DNA of 32,000 bases from Cyclobacterium lianum (lineage in GTDB: Bacteria; Bacteroidota; Bacteroidia; Cytophagales; Cyclobacteriaceae), in assembly GCF_900143075.1 (NCBI RefSeq), contig NZ_FRCY01000001.1, positions 389,894 to 421,893 of the forward strand, read 5' to 3'. Both the position numbers and the translations under genes were made by a program. Shown piece after piece: positions 1-9,106 of the stretch (the first letter of the stretch is position 1; each line of letters opens with the position of its first letter). The notes beneath the pieces were generated by a model. The model ran no database searches and was not told where the DNA came from. It saw nothing but the letters and a program-made list of their open reading frames with translations.

Positions 1-2147
1 CCGTCAATGGCAACAGCATAAGGGGTCTTCCAGGTAATTTGCGGTACAGAAATACCGACAGAGGTGGTATCGAAGCGCTGACATTCAGAAATACCCATTA
101 CACCTCCGAAGACAATGTGTCATCTATAGTGGCCGAATTGAATTCGACTTTGGGAGACAATATGGCCAATTCCCTGAATATAGGCTATACCAGTGCCGTA
201 ACCCAGAGGGGTGTTCCGGGAGGACAGGCATTTCCCATGATCGAGGTACTGGAATTTGACGGCAATACGCCCCTGTACTATCTCTCCATGGGTACTGAAT
301 TGTTTACCCGAGGCAACCTGCTGGACAACAAAACCTTTAACCTGACCAATAACTTCAATTATTTCCTGGGCAAGCATACCTTTACCGCCGGTGTCAACTT
401 TGAATACATGACTTTTGACAATGCATTCAATCCCACCTGGGATTCCTGGTACAGGTACAACTCCTACGATAGTTTTGTGGAAAGTGTGATCAATCAGAAT
501 CCAAATGTCATTCCGGATGGATTTGCCATTGGATTCACTTACGATGAGGACAACCCGTTTACACTTCCTACCGATCAGGTAAGCTTTGGCCAGGTGGGAT
601 TGTATGTACAGGATGAATACCAGGCTACCAACGATCTGAAACTTACCGGAGGTTTACGGATAGACATGCCGTTCTACCCCATAGATGCACCGGCAAACCC
701 CCGGTTAGATGCCTTAAATATTTCCGTGGAAAATCCAAGAAACCCGGGTCAGACGATCAGCCCTGATGTAAGCCAGTTTCCCCCGGTAAATCCGGTTTTC
801 TCACCTAGATTCGGTTTTAACTGGGATGCCCTGAGTGACGGATCACTTCAGGTACGGGGCGGATCCGGTTTGTTTACCGCCCGGCCTATATTCGTTCACC
901 TGTCCAACCAAATCAACGCCAATGGCATCACCAGGGGTTTTGTTGGCAGGACCCCCGATCAGTGGGAGGAAGGTGAATGGCAGGGATTCCAATCCGATAT
1001 CAATTTCTACCGGCCAAACCCTGCAGAACAGGAGCCGGAGATTTCCAGTTCTGTGAACGTTACGGATGAAAATTTCAAATTGCCGCAAACCTGGAGATCA
1101 AATGTTGCTGCAGACTATCAATTTGGAGATGGTTTCATCTTTACACTGGAAGCCATGCATTCCAAGGATTACAACATGCCTTTTTCCGCCAACCTTGCGA
1201 GTACAGCTACGGGAGAGACCGTCAATATAGGAGGTAATGCTTATCCCAGGTACGCTCAGGGCATTGAAGGCACTCCCATCAACGAATTATTTCTGCTTAC
1301 CAATATTGATGTAGGCACCTATAGCGCTTTGACACTATCCCTTCAAAAGGATTGGGGTTCCGGAATCTTTACCAGCCTGGCGTATACGAGAAGCCAAAAA
1401 AGGGATTTCGGACTGATCGGCGGATCGCAGGCTGCCTCTCTGTGGCCGACAGAGGTACAGCGGGACAGAAACAATCCTGAGGAGGGATTCAACCGCTTCG
1501 ATCAGCCCAACAGGATCGTCGGATTGATCTCCTTCAATACCAAAGGACTTAACGAATACAATAATACCCAAATCTCACTCTTTTATGATGGAGGAGAGCA
1601 AGGCAGGTATAGTTATACCTATTCCGGAAACTTTGGAGACGGCAGTGGTGTGCGGCTGATGTATGTGCCGGAAGGTTTTGAAGATGCTCAGTTGGCTGAC
1701 AGGGTCGTGGGGGGCGTGATCACCCAGACCGCAGAAGAGCAATGGGATATTTTGGACCAGTACATTGCCAGGGATCCTTATTTAAGTGCCAACAGGGGGC
1801 AGGTCACCGAAAGGAATGGAGCAGTACTTCCCTGGCTTCACCGCTTTGATTTCAGATTGATACAGGATCTGCACCTGACCAAAGATACCAACGAACACAA
1901 GCTGCAGATTTCCCTGGATATCCTGAACGTAGGTAATCTTTTGAAGGATTCATGGGGAGTAGGCCGGCAGGTAATCCAAAGCAATCTGCTGAACTTTAAC
2001 GGAGTGGACAGCGAGGGAAATGCACAATTTACCCTGAACAGTATTCAGGGACAAGCTGGTGTGTACCCTACCCGTATCTCTCAGTCTCTGTTTAACTTAA
2101 GCCAAACCTGGAATGCGCAGGTAGGCTTAAGGTATATCTTCAAATAA
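1..2147 (+). CDS. TonB-dependent outer-membrane receptor, C-terminal beta-barrel part (5' end outside window)
   Basis: The frame of ORF 39..2147 stays open back to base 3, so the gene is cut by the window edge. The translation is Gly/Asn/Tyr/Phe-rich with alternating beta-strand character. It carries barrel-type motifs such as 'GLYVQDEYQATNDLKLTGGLRID' and a terminal strand 'QVGLRYIFK'. Confidence 0.85.
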   Translation, partial: VNGNSIRGLPGNLRYRNTDRGGIEALTFRNTHYTSEDNVSSIVAELNSTLGDNMANSLNIGYTSAVTQRGVPGGQAFPMIEVLEFDGNTPLYYLSMGTELFTRGNLLDNKTFNLTNNFNYFLGKHTFTAGVNFEYMTFDNAFNPTWDSWYRYNSYDSFVESVINQNPNVIPDGFAIGFTYDEDNPFTLPTDQVSFGQVGLYVQDEYQATNDLKLTGGLRIDMPFYPIDAPANPRLDALNISVENPRNPGQTISPDVSQFPPVNPVFSPRFGFNWDALSDGSLQVRGGSGLFTARPIFVHLSNQINANGITRGFVGRTPDQWEEGEWQGFQSDINFYRPNPAEQEPEISSSVNVTDENFKLPQTWRSNVAADYQFGDGFIFTLEAMHSKDYNMPFSANLASTATGETVNIGGNAYPRYAQGIEGTPINELFLLTNIDVGTYSALTLSLQKDWGSGIFTSLAYTRSQKRDFGLIGGSQAASLWPTEVQRDRNNPEEGFNRFDQPNRIVGLISFNTKGLNEYNNTQISLFYDGGEQGRYSYTYSGNFGDGSGVRLMYVPEGFEDAQLADRVVGGVITQTAEEQWDILDQYIARDPYLSANRGQVTERNGAVLPWLHRFDFRLIQDLHLTKDTNEHKLQISLDILNVGNLLKDSWGVGRQVIQSNLLNFNGVDSEGNAQFTLNSIQGQAGVYPTRISQSLFNLSQTWNAQVGLRYIFK

Positions 2148-2176
2148 ATCGGTGCTCCACAGAAAACATACCTATT

Positions 2177-3157
2177 ATGAATCTCCATTTTAAAAATATA
2201 TTATTACTTATTTCGGCTGCTGCGTCCCTGGCTGGATGTGTAGATGAGAATTACCAGGAGTCTGTAGCCGGGCGTACAGACAGCCAACTGCTTAGCAATG
2301 TGATTGCAGCCCAATCTGAATTGAGCGTCTTTAACGAACTGCTCGAAAGCGAAGGATTACTTCCCCTGTTGGTGAGCAGGCAGACACAGGATCAAAGGGC
2401 TGTATTTGCGCCTACCAATGCTGCCATCGAGGATTTTATGTCGGCAAACGGCTTTGAATCGGCGGAGGACATTGCTGGGTTGGATCGGGTCCTGGCCTAC
2501 CATATCGCTGATCCTAACATCAGACAGGCCGACCTGAGCCAAACGAATTTCAATTTTATCCAGACCAATGCCGATCAGGACATCTTTGTAAACAGGTCCG
2601 GAGGACAGGTCCGGTTCAACAATCAAACCGTAAATATTCTACGGTCTGAAACGGGAAATGGAACAGTTCACCTGATTGATGAGGTTTTACTTCCAAGGTC
2701 AAATACCATGGCTGCTTACCTGAATTCAAATCCGGAACTGAGCATATTCAGCGAAGTAGTCGCATTACTGGGACTGGAATCCGAATTGTCCGCAGATTTC
2801 AGGACCCTATTTGTACCTGACAATCAGGCATTTTTGGATTTGTTGGATGCAATGGGGGCAGGATCCCTGGGTGAGCTGGTCGACATGCTGGGTGAGCCGG
2901 CCTTGCGGGATATTGTCCGATATCATATTGTCAATGGTTTGGTTTATTCTGCGAATGTTTCCAATAATCAGGCGCTGACTCCTCAGTTTCAGGGAGAAAT
3001 CAGACCAAGGGTCTCCACAGATGGAGACAATGTGATGCTGACCTATGCTGAAAACAATGCGGCTTCCACCATGGTTACTGTTAACGATGAGATTTTCCAA
3101 ACGGGCTTTGTGCACGTTATCGATAAGGTGATGGTACCTGTTTTGGGGGATGAATAA
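2177..3157 (+). CDS. Fasciclin (FAS1) domain lipoprotein with two FAS1 repeats
   Basis: Signal peptide with lipobox 'LAGC'. There are two copies of the FAS1 H1/H2 motifs: 'AVFAPTNAAIEDF...TVHLIDEVLLP' and 'TLFVPDNQAFLDL...FVHVIDKVMVP'. The gene starts 29 bp after the receptor gene. Confidence 0.9.
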   Translation: MNLHFKNILLLISAAASLAGCVDENYQESVAGRTDSQLLSNVIAAQSELSVFNELLESEGLLPLLVSRQTQDQRAVFAPTNAAIEDFMSANGFESAEDIAGLDRVLAYHIADPNIRQADLSQTNFNFIQTNADQDIFVNRSGGQVRFNNQTVNILRSETGNGTVHLIDEVLLPRSNTMAAYLNSNPELSIFSEVVALLGLESELSADFRTLFVPDNQAFLDLLDAMGAGSLGELVDMLGEPALRDIVRYHIVNGLVYSANVSNNQALTPQFQGEIRPRVSTDGDNVMLTYAENNAASTMVTVNDEIFQTGFVHVIDKVMVPVLGDE

Positions 3158-3196
3158 GTTACATTTAAAAAATTAATACGCATGTAAACTGATATT

Positions 3197-3227
3197 CAGG
3201 CCACCTCGTTGCCAACGGGGTGGCCTG
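3197..3227 (+). terminator. Stem-loop after the fasciclin gene (possible intrinsic terminator)
   Basis: CAGGCCACCTCGTTG / CAACGGGGTGGCCTG form a near-perfect inverted repeat with one G-U position, about 40 nt after the stop codon. No clear T-run follows, so confidence is moderate. Confidence 0.45.
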
Positions 3228-3385
3228 ACTTGCTGGTAAGCTCCCGGCAAATCAGCGGGTCTCTACCTTGCACTTCACCGGTTTACAGCCATTGGTATTC
3301 CTGTATTGCCTCTTATGTTTAATTAATTCCATAAATTAAAAATATCAATTAGTTTGGTATTTGATTGGAATGTTTTCAAAAGTTT

Positions 3386-3393
3386 TATGTTTG
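3386..3393 (+). promoter_or_regulatory. Candidate Bacteroidota -7 promoter box (TATGTTTG) upstream of the efflux operon
   Basis: Matches the TAnnTTTG consensus. A TTTG lies 22 bp upstream (3360..3363) as a possible -33 element. It sits in a 357-bp AT-rich intergenic region. This is a pattern match only. Confidence 0.25.
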
Positions 3394-3514
3394 TTTTGTA
3401 TACGGGAATAGACTTGTAAGAAATTTTACAGTTCGGTTTTCCAACAGAACCAGATAGCCTTATTCACAATAAATTATCTTAGCCGCTAATATTAAAGCTA
3501 GACCAGCGCCTGTA

Positions 3515-4591
3515 ATGAAAAAGCAAACCAAAATTATTTTGATTATTATCATCGTTCTGGTGGTAGGTATCGCATTTTTTTACCCTAGATTAGATCTGCT
3601 GAGCGGGGATGAGGAGATGGCCGCTGCATCTCAAAATGGAAATGCCCAAACCAGTCTGCCTGTCAATGTAGTAGAGCTCCGGCAGGAAAAGCTGCAAAAC
3701 AACCTCAATATCACAGGCTCATTGATCCCGAATGAAATTGTAACCTTACGGCCGGAAGTTGCAGGGCTGGTGGAAAGGATCAATTTCGAAGAAGGTCAGT
3801 TTGTAACAAAAGGGACGCCTTTGCTTTATCTCAATGATGAAGAACTGGATGCGCAGAGGGAAAGACTGAGCTATACCAAGAAGCTTTACGAGAGCCAGGA
3901 GAATCGGCAAAAGGAACTATTGGCCAGGGAAGCGATCAGTCAGGAGGAATATGATATCGTACTGAGCCAGTACAATACAAACCTGGCAGACCTGAGGTTG
4001 ATAGAAGCACAACTGGACAAAATGGTGATTCGTGCACCTTTTGATGGCGAGCTGGGTTTCAGACAGGTTTCCGAAGGCAGTGTGATAGGAACCACCGATG
4101 TAATTGCAAACATTGTGAACGTCGATCCCATTAAGATAGAGTTTTCCATACCGGAGCGATACGCCAATGAGATCAAACCTGGTTCGGTCGTATATTTCAG
4201 GGCGACCAATAGTATTGAAGAAGCCGAAGGGAAAGTCTACGCCATTGAGCCGAATGTAGATGCGGCTACCAGGACCCTGAAGATAAGGGCAATGAGTCCC
4301 AACAAGCAAAAGAAATTTCTGCCGGGCATGTTTGTCAGGGTGCGATTGGTATTGAATGAAATCGAAAATGCGATTATGATTCCTTCCGAATCCCTGATCC
4401 CTGAACTTGAGGGTTACAAGGTTTTTATCGCCAACGAGGGAAAAATCGAATCCAGAAAGGTGACCATAGGACAACGGTCGGATACCCGGGTTCAAATCAT
4501 AGATGGTCTGGCTCCAGGAGAGCTTGTGTTAACTACCGGTGTTTTGCAAGCCCGGGAAGGTATGCCTGTAAATGTCAATCAAATTAATTGA
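3515..4591 (+). CDS. RND efflux periplasmic adaptor subunit (membrane fusion protein, HlyD family)
   Basis: N-terminal membrane anchor, then a lipoyl-like hairpin 'VAGLVERINFEEGQFVTKGTPLLYLNDEEL', a coiled-coil segment and 'VIRAPFDGELG'. The stop lies 6 bp before the RND pump gene. Confidence 0.9.
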   Translation: MKKQTKIILIIIIVLVVGIAFFYPRLDLLSGDEEMAAASQNGNAQTSLPVNVVELRQEKLQNNLNITGSLIPNEIVTLRPEVAGLVERINFEEGQFVTKGTPLLYLNDEELDAQRERLSYTKKLYESQENRQKELLAREAISQEEYDIVLSQYNTNLADLRLIEAQLDKMVIRAPFDGELGFRQVSEGSVIGTTDVIANIVNVDPIKIEFSIPERYANEIKPGSVVYFRATNSIEEAEGKVYAIEPNVDAATRTLKIRAMSPNKQKKFLPGMFVRVRLVLNEIENAIMIPSESLIPELEGYKVFIANEGKIESRKVTIGQRSDTRVQIIDGLAPGELVLTTGVLQAREGMPVNVNQIN

Positions 4592-4597
4592 TCTTTT

Positions 4598-7500
4598 ATG
4601 TCCAGTTTATCCACTATCAGTATCCGAAGGCCCGTATTGTCCATCGTTATGTCGCTAACCATCATGATCTTTGGGGTCATTGGCATATCATTTCTGGGCA
4701 TCAGGGAGTTTCCCAGTGTAGATCCTCCGGTAGTAAACGTCCGAACCACCTATGTGGGCGCCAATGCCGATGTAATTGAGGCCCAGATTACAGAACCTCT
4801 GGAGGAAGGTATTAATGGTATCTCCGGGATCAAGTCGCTGACCTCGATTTCCAACGATGGAGGAAGCAGTATTACGGTAGAATTTGAAGTCGGTGCAGAC
4901 ATGGAGGCAGCTGCCAATGATGTCAGGGACCGGGTATCCCGGGCGCAACGTAATCTTCCGATAGACGCCGAACCACCTATCGTTACCAAGCAGGATGCGG
5001 ATACCCAGCCGATAGTTTTTCTCAACGTCCAAAGCGAACAGCGCAGCTTGCTGGAGCTTTCCGACATCGCCACCAATGTATTCAAGGAGCGGCTTCAGAC
5101 CATCGATGGGGTAAGTGAGATCAGGATCTGGGGAGAAAAGGAATACGCGATTCGCCTGAGAATGGATCCGCTGAGAATGGCTTCCTATGGCATTACCCCC
5201 CTGGATGTGCTCACCAAGGTACAAAGTGAAAATGTGGAGCTGCCTACAGGAAGCATCGAAGGACAGTCTATAGAGCTTTCTGTGAGAACCAGAAGCAGGA
5301 TGAGTACCCCGGAAGAGTTTAACCGACTCATTATCAAAGAAGAGTCCAATAATGTAGTCCGATTTCAGGATATTGGCAGGGCCGAACTTGCTCCCTTGAA
5401 TGAAAGAACGGTATTGAAAAGGGACGGCGTGCCCATGGTCGGCGTGGCACTGGTGCCCCTTCCCGGATCCAACAGTATCGAGATCATGGATGAGTTTTAC
5501 CGCAGGTTGGATTTTATTCAAAAGGACCTGCCGCCGGATATCAAATTGGGCATTGGCTTTGATACCACCAAATACATCAGGAGTTCTATCAGCGAAGTCC
5601 AGGAAACGATTTTTCTGGCTTTTATTCTGGTGGTGCTGATCATATTTATATTTCTCCGTGATTGGAGGACCACCTTTATTCCGGTGCTGACCATCCCGAT
5701 CAGTTTGATCGGTGTTTTCTTCATCATGTACTTTGCGGGATTTTCCATAAATGTGCTGACGCTGCTCGGAATCGTTTTATCTATCGGTTTGGTGGTTGAC
5801 GACGCCATTGTGGTATTGGAAAACATCTACACCAAAATAGAGGGAGGTGAAGATCCTGATAAGGCGGCAGAGAAGGGCGCGGAAGAGATCTTCTTTGCGG
5901 TAATCGCCACCACCGTGGCCCTGGCTGCAGTGTTTCTGCCGGTGATATTCCTTACCGGTACTACAGGCAGGTTGTTCAGGGAATTTGGTGTGGTAGTGGC
6001 TGGTGCGGTCATTATCTCTTCTTTTGTAGCGTTGACCATGACGCCCATGCTCAGCTCCAAATTGCTGAAAAAAAGGGAAAAGAAAAACTGGCTGTACACC
6101 AAATCCGAGCCAGTCTTTGTATGGCTGAACGAGCTTTACGCCGGGGCATTGTCTCGGTTCATGCAAGTAAAATGGCTTTCATTCGTATTGCTGGCTATTA
6201 TGGCCTATGGTACTTATCTTCTTTTCAACGACATCCCCTCGGAGCTTGCTCCCATCGAAGACCGGGGTCAGATCAGGATCAACCTTGCCGGTCCGGAAGG
6301 AGCCACCTTTGGCTATATGGACAGGGTCATTGACGAAATGACGGAGGAGTTAATGGAACTGGTTCCTGACGAAGAGCGTGCGGGTTTAATATCTGTTACT
6401 TCCCCCGGCTTTGGTACGGCCAGTACCAATTCCGGTTTTGTGAGGGTTATTCTTAAGGACGCCTCAGAAAGAGAAAGGTCTCAGCAGGTTATTTTCGATG
6501 AAGTGTCGGAGTACCTGAAAACCAAAACGGCTGTCAGGGCATTTGGGGCTCAGGAACCTTCCATTGGTGATCGCCGGGCAGGCCTGCCTATTCAGTATGT
6601 GATTCAGGCCCAGACTCTTGACAAACTGAAAGATATCATCCCCGTTTTTATGGAAAAGGTTGGCCAAAACCCTGCTTTTAGTTTTTCGGATGTCAATCTG
6701 AAATTCACCAAACCTGAAATTGAAGTGGAGATAGACCGGGAAAAAGCCAGGAATATTGGTGTTTCGGTTCAGGAAATAGCCAGAACGCTACAGCTCAGCT
6801 ATTCGGGTCAGCGGTTTGATTATTTTATCATGAATGGAAAGCAGTATCAGGTGGTAGGTGAGATGCGTCTGGAAGACAGGAATGAACCGATCAATCTCAG
6901 GATGCTGTATGTGCGTGGCGAAGATGGACAATTGGTACAAATGGACAACCTGGTCACCATCTCTGAAAGGAGCACCCCACCCCAGCTATACCGGTACAAT
7001 CGTTTTGTCAGTGCCACTGTTCAGGCACAGTTGGCACCGGGAGAAACAGTGGGAACCGGTCTGGAGGAAATGGATAAGATTGCCGCGGAGGTCCTGGATG
7101 AAACTTATTCTACGGATGTGGCGGGGCTCTCCAAAGAGTACCGCGACAGTTCCAGCAGTTTGGTATTTGCGTTTATTTTTGCTTTGGTATTGATCTATCT
7201 GGTCCTTTCTGCTCAGTTCGAAAGTTTTATGGATCCGCTTACGATCATGTTTACCGTTCCGCTGGCCATATTTGGCGCCCTGTTTTCCCTCTGGTTGTTT
7301 GACTTTACCCTGAATGTATTCAGCCAGATTGGTATCATCATGCTTATTGGTCTGGTTACCAAAAATGGAATTTTGATCGTAGAGTTTGCAAACCAACGCA
7401 AGGCCAGCGGTATGAGTATTTCTGAAGCCATAGAAGGGGCTGCTGCGGCGCGTTTCCGGCCAATACTGATGACCAGTTTATCCACTATTCTGGGTATCCT

Positions 7501-7660
7501 CCCCATTGCCCTGGCTTTGGGAGCCGGATCAGAAGGCCGGGTGCCCATGGGTGTAGCCGTTATCGGAGGCCTGCTTTTGGCGACAGTGCTTACCCTTTTT
7601 GTAATCCCTGGCATTTATACTTATCTGACATCTAAAGAAGGTAGATTAGCACGAGTCTGA
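4598..7660 (+). CDS. RND efflux transporter permease (AcrB/HAE1 family)
   Basis: 1020 aa with about 12 hydrophobic segments and two large loops. The TM4 proton-relay motif 'GLVVDDAIVVLENI' and a C-terminal 'RFRPILMTSLSTILGILPIAL' are present. Confidence 0.95.
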   Translation: MSSLSTISIRRPVLSIVMSLTIMIFGVIGISFLGIREFPSVDPPVVNVRTTYVGANADVIEAQITEPLEEGINGISGIKSLTSISNDGGSSITVEFEVGADMEAAANDVRDRVSRAQRNLPIDAEPPIVTKQDADTQPIVFLNVQSEQRSLLELSDIATNVFKERLQTIDGVSEIRIWGEKEYAIRLRMDPLRMASYGITPLDVLTKVQSENVELPTGSIEGQSIELSVRTRSRMSTPEEFNRLIIKEESNNVVRFQDIGRAELAPLNERTVLKRDGVPMVGVALVPLPGSNSIEIMDEFYRRLDFIQKDLPPDIKLGIGFDTTKYIRSSISEVQETIFLAFILVVLIIFIFLRDWRTTFIPVLTIPISLIGVFFIMYFAGFSINVLTLLGIVLSIGLVVDDAIVVLENIYTKIEGGEDPDKAAEKGAEEIFFAVIATTVALAAVFLPVIFLTGTTGRLFREFGVVVAGAVIISSFVALTMTPMLSSKLLKKREKKNWLYTKSEPVFVWLNELYAGALSRFMQVKWLSFVLLAIMAYGTYLLFNDIPSELAPIEDRGQIRINLAGPEGATFGYMDRVIDEMTEELMELVPDEERAGLISVTSPGFGTASTNSGFVRVILKDASERERSQQVIFDEVSEYLKTKTAVRAFGAQEPSIGDRRAGLPIQYVIQAQTLDKLKDIIPVFMEKVGQNPAFSFSDVNLKFTKPEIEVEIDREKARNIGVSVQEIARTLQLSYSGQRFDYFIMNGKQYQVVGEMRLEDRNEPINLRMLYVRGEDGQLVQMDNLVTISERSTPPQLYRYNRFVSATVQAQLAPGETVGTGLEEMDKIAAEVLDETYSTDVAGLSKEYRDSSSSLVFAFIFALVLIYLVLSAQFESFMDPLTIMFTVPLAIFGALFSLWLFDFTLNVFSQIGIIMLIGLVTKNGILIVEFANQRKASGMSISEAIEGAAAARFRPILMTSLSTILGILPIALALGAGSEGRVPMGVAVIGGLLLATVLTLFVIPGIYTYLTSKEGRLARV

Positions 7661-7662
7661 AT

Positions 7663-8982
7663 ATGAAGAAATTTTTATTGTTAAACGTATTGATCGTTGT
7701 TTCACTGAGGCTGATGGCCCAGGACGAGGAGTTGCTGACTTTTGAAAAGGCGGTCGAGATCGGATTGGAAAACAATTTTGATGTAAAAATTGCCACCAAC
7801 CAGGTGCTTTTAACAGAAAATGACCGCAAGATTGCTACCAGTGTACTGATGCCTACTGTGGACCTGAACAATACCAGGGGCTACAGGAGAGAGGATACGG
7901 AGCAGGCTTTTGTCAGTGATCCGGAAAACCCACGGATCATACCGGGAGCCCAGACCAGAACAAATAATTATAGCCTGGTGGCGATATATGGTTTTAGCGC
8001 AGATGCGGTGGTTGCCCTGCAAAGGTTGGGTAAACTGGCTGAAGTAAGTGAACTGGAGGCCAAAGTAGTGATAGAAAATACCGTAGCGGCCATTGCCACT
8101 GCATACTACAGGCTGGTGCTGGAGCAACAGCGCTACGATGTCCTGAACAATACTCTGGAGCTCTCCGACGAAAGACTGGAAATCGCAAAGGCCCAATACG
8201 AATTTGGAAGGGCTTCCAAAAGGGATTTCCTGGCAGCGCAGGTAGATTACAATGCCGACCTGACTGCGCTCGTCACCCAGGAACAGGTGATACAGAATTC
8301 CAGGGTAAATCTAAACGAATTATTGGCGATGGATCTGGAGGATAATTTTGCGGTGAGAGATACCATTACCATCAAAGAAGACCTTTCTATGGAGGAGCTC
8401 ACAGAAAGTGCTTACAGTCAAAATAAGATGTTTTTGGCCACTCAGCGGATGGAAAATGTGGCCTATCTGCAGCTCAGGGAATTGAGAGCTCAGCGTTTGC
8501 CAACGATCACGCTGAATGGTTCTTACAACGACAATACCCTGAATTCAGATGCAGGGTTTCTTTTGAGTAACCAACAGCAAGGGATTAACCTGGGAGCAAC
8601 CATCAGCTTAAATCTTTTCAGTGGTCTGGCCCTCAACCGGCAAATTCAGGGGGCAAAAATTCAGATCAATAATCAGCGGCATTTGATAGAGCAGTTTGAA
8701 AACCAGATGCAGGCTGACTTGCAGCGAACATTCAATACCTATCAAAATAGCAAGCGTTTGCTGGAAATAGAACGCAAGAATTATGAAGTGGCGGTGGAGA
8801 ATGCCGATATAGCACTGGACAGATTTCGCCTGGGGATTGCAAACTACCTCGAATTTCGGGATGCGCAGGTAAACCGATTGCAGGCGGAAAGCAGGTTGAT
8901 AGAGTCCTTGTATACCATCAAGGAAAATGAAATAGAACTGATGCGCATAGCCGGTAAAATTTATTTTCCGGAAGAAATTTAA
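7663..8982 (+). CDS. TolC-family outer-membrane efflux protein
   Basis: Signal peptide and a duplicated OEP-type repeat organisation ('LTFEKAVEIGLENNFDVK', 'RLEIAKAQYEFGRASKRDFLAAQV', 'ALDRFRLGIANYLEFRDAQ'). The gene starts 2 bp after the pump gene. Confidence 0.85.
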   Translation: MKKFLLLNVLIVVSLRLMAQDEELLTFEKAVEIGLENNFDVKIATNQVLLTENDRKIATSVLMPTVDLNNTRGYRREDTEQAFVSDPENPRIIPGAQTRTNNYSLVAIYGFSADAVVALQRLGKLAEVSELEAKVVIENTVAAIATAYYRLVLEQQRYDVLNNTLELSDERLEIAKAQYEFGRASKRDFLAAQVDYNADLTALVTQEQVIQNSRVNLNELLAMDLEDNFAVRDTITIKEDLSMEELTESAYSQNKMFLATQRMENVAYLQLRELRAQRLPTITLNGSYNDNTLNSDAGFLLSNQQQGINLGATISLNLFSGLALNRQIQGAKIQINNQRHLIEQFENQMQADLQRTFNTYQNSKRLLEIERKNYEVAVENADIALDRFRLGIANYLEFRDAQVNRLQAESRLIESLYTIKENEIELMRIAGKIYFPEEI

Positions 8983-9013
8983 AATATTATTCTCCTGTAA
9001 TCGAAATTCGATC

Positions 9014-9047
9014 AATGCCCGGTAGATAGTACCGGGCATTTTTGGTT
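9014..9047 (+). terminator. Rho-independent terminator of the efflux operon
   Basis: Perfect 11-bp stem AATGCCCGGTA / TACCGGGCATT with a 5-nt loop, followed by TTTGGTTT. It starts about 30 nt after the TolC-like stop. Confidence 0.75.
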
Positions 9048-9106
9048 TATTGGGGATAATAGGCTATAATTGATTGAACCAATGCCCCCTCATGGAGCAA
9101 TCGTGT

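Noticed and set aside
3917-4495. 192-aa antisense ORF within the adaptor gene. Similar antisense ORFs occur at 11092..11616, 13271..13768, 22978..23493 and 29244..29768
   Set aside because: Each is nested opposite a gene with strong family motifs. None has recognisable motifs or a plausible start context. They are treated as shadow ORFs.
4488-4498. GGGTTCAAATC, which resembles a tRNA T-loop
   Set aside because: The flanking bases do not form a T-stem or any cloverleaf, and the site lies inside the adaptor coding sequence. No tRNA is called.
4688-5521. 277-aa ORF antisense to the RND pump gene, the longest unexplained ORF in the track
   Set aside because: It lies entirely inside a confidently identified AcrB-family gene on the opposite strand. 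Its translation is low-complexity-free but featureless (His/Gly/Arg-rich, with no motif, signal or TM pattern). It is best explained as a shadow ORF of a long coding region.
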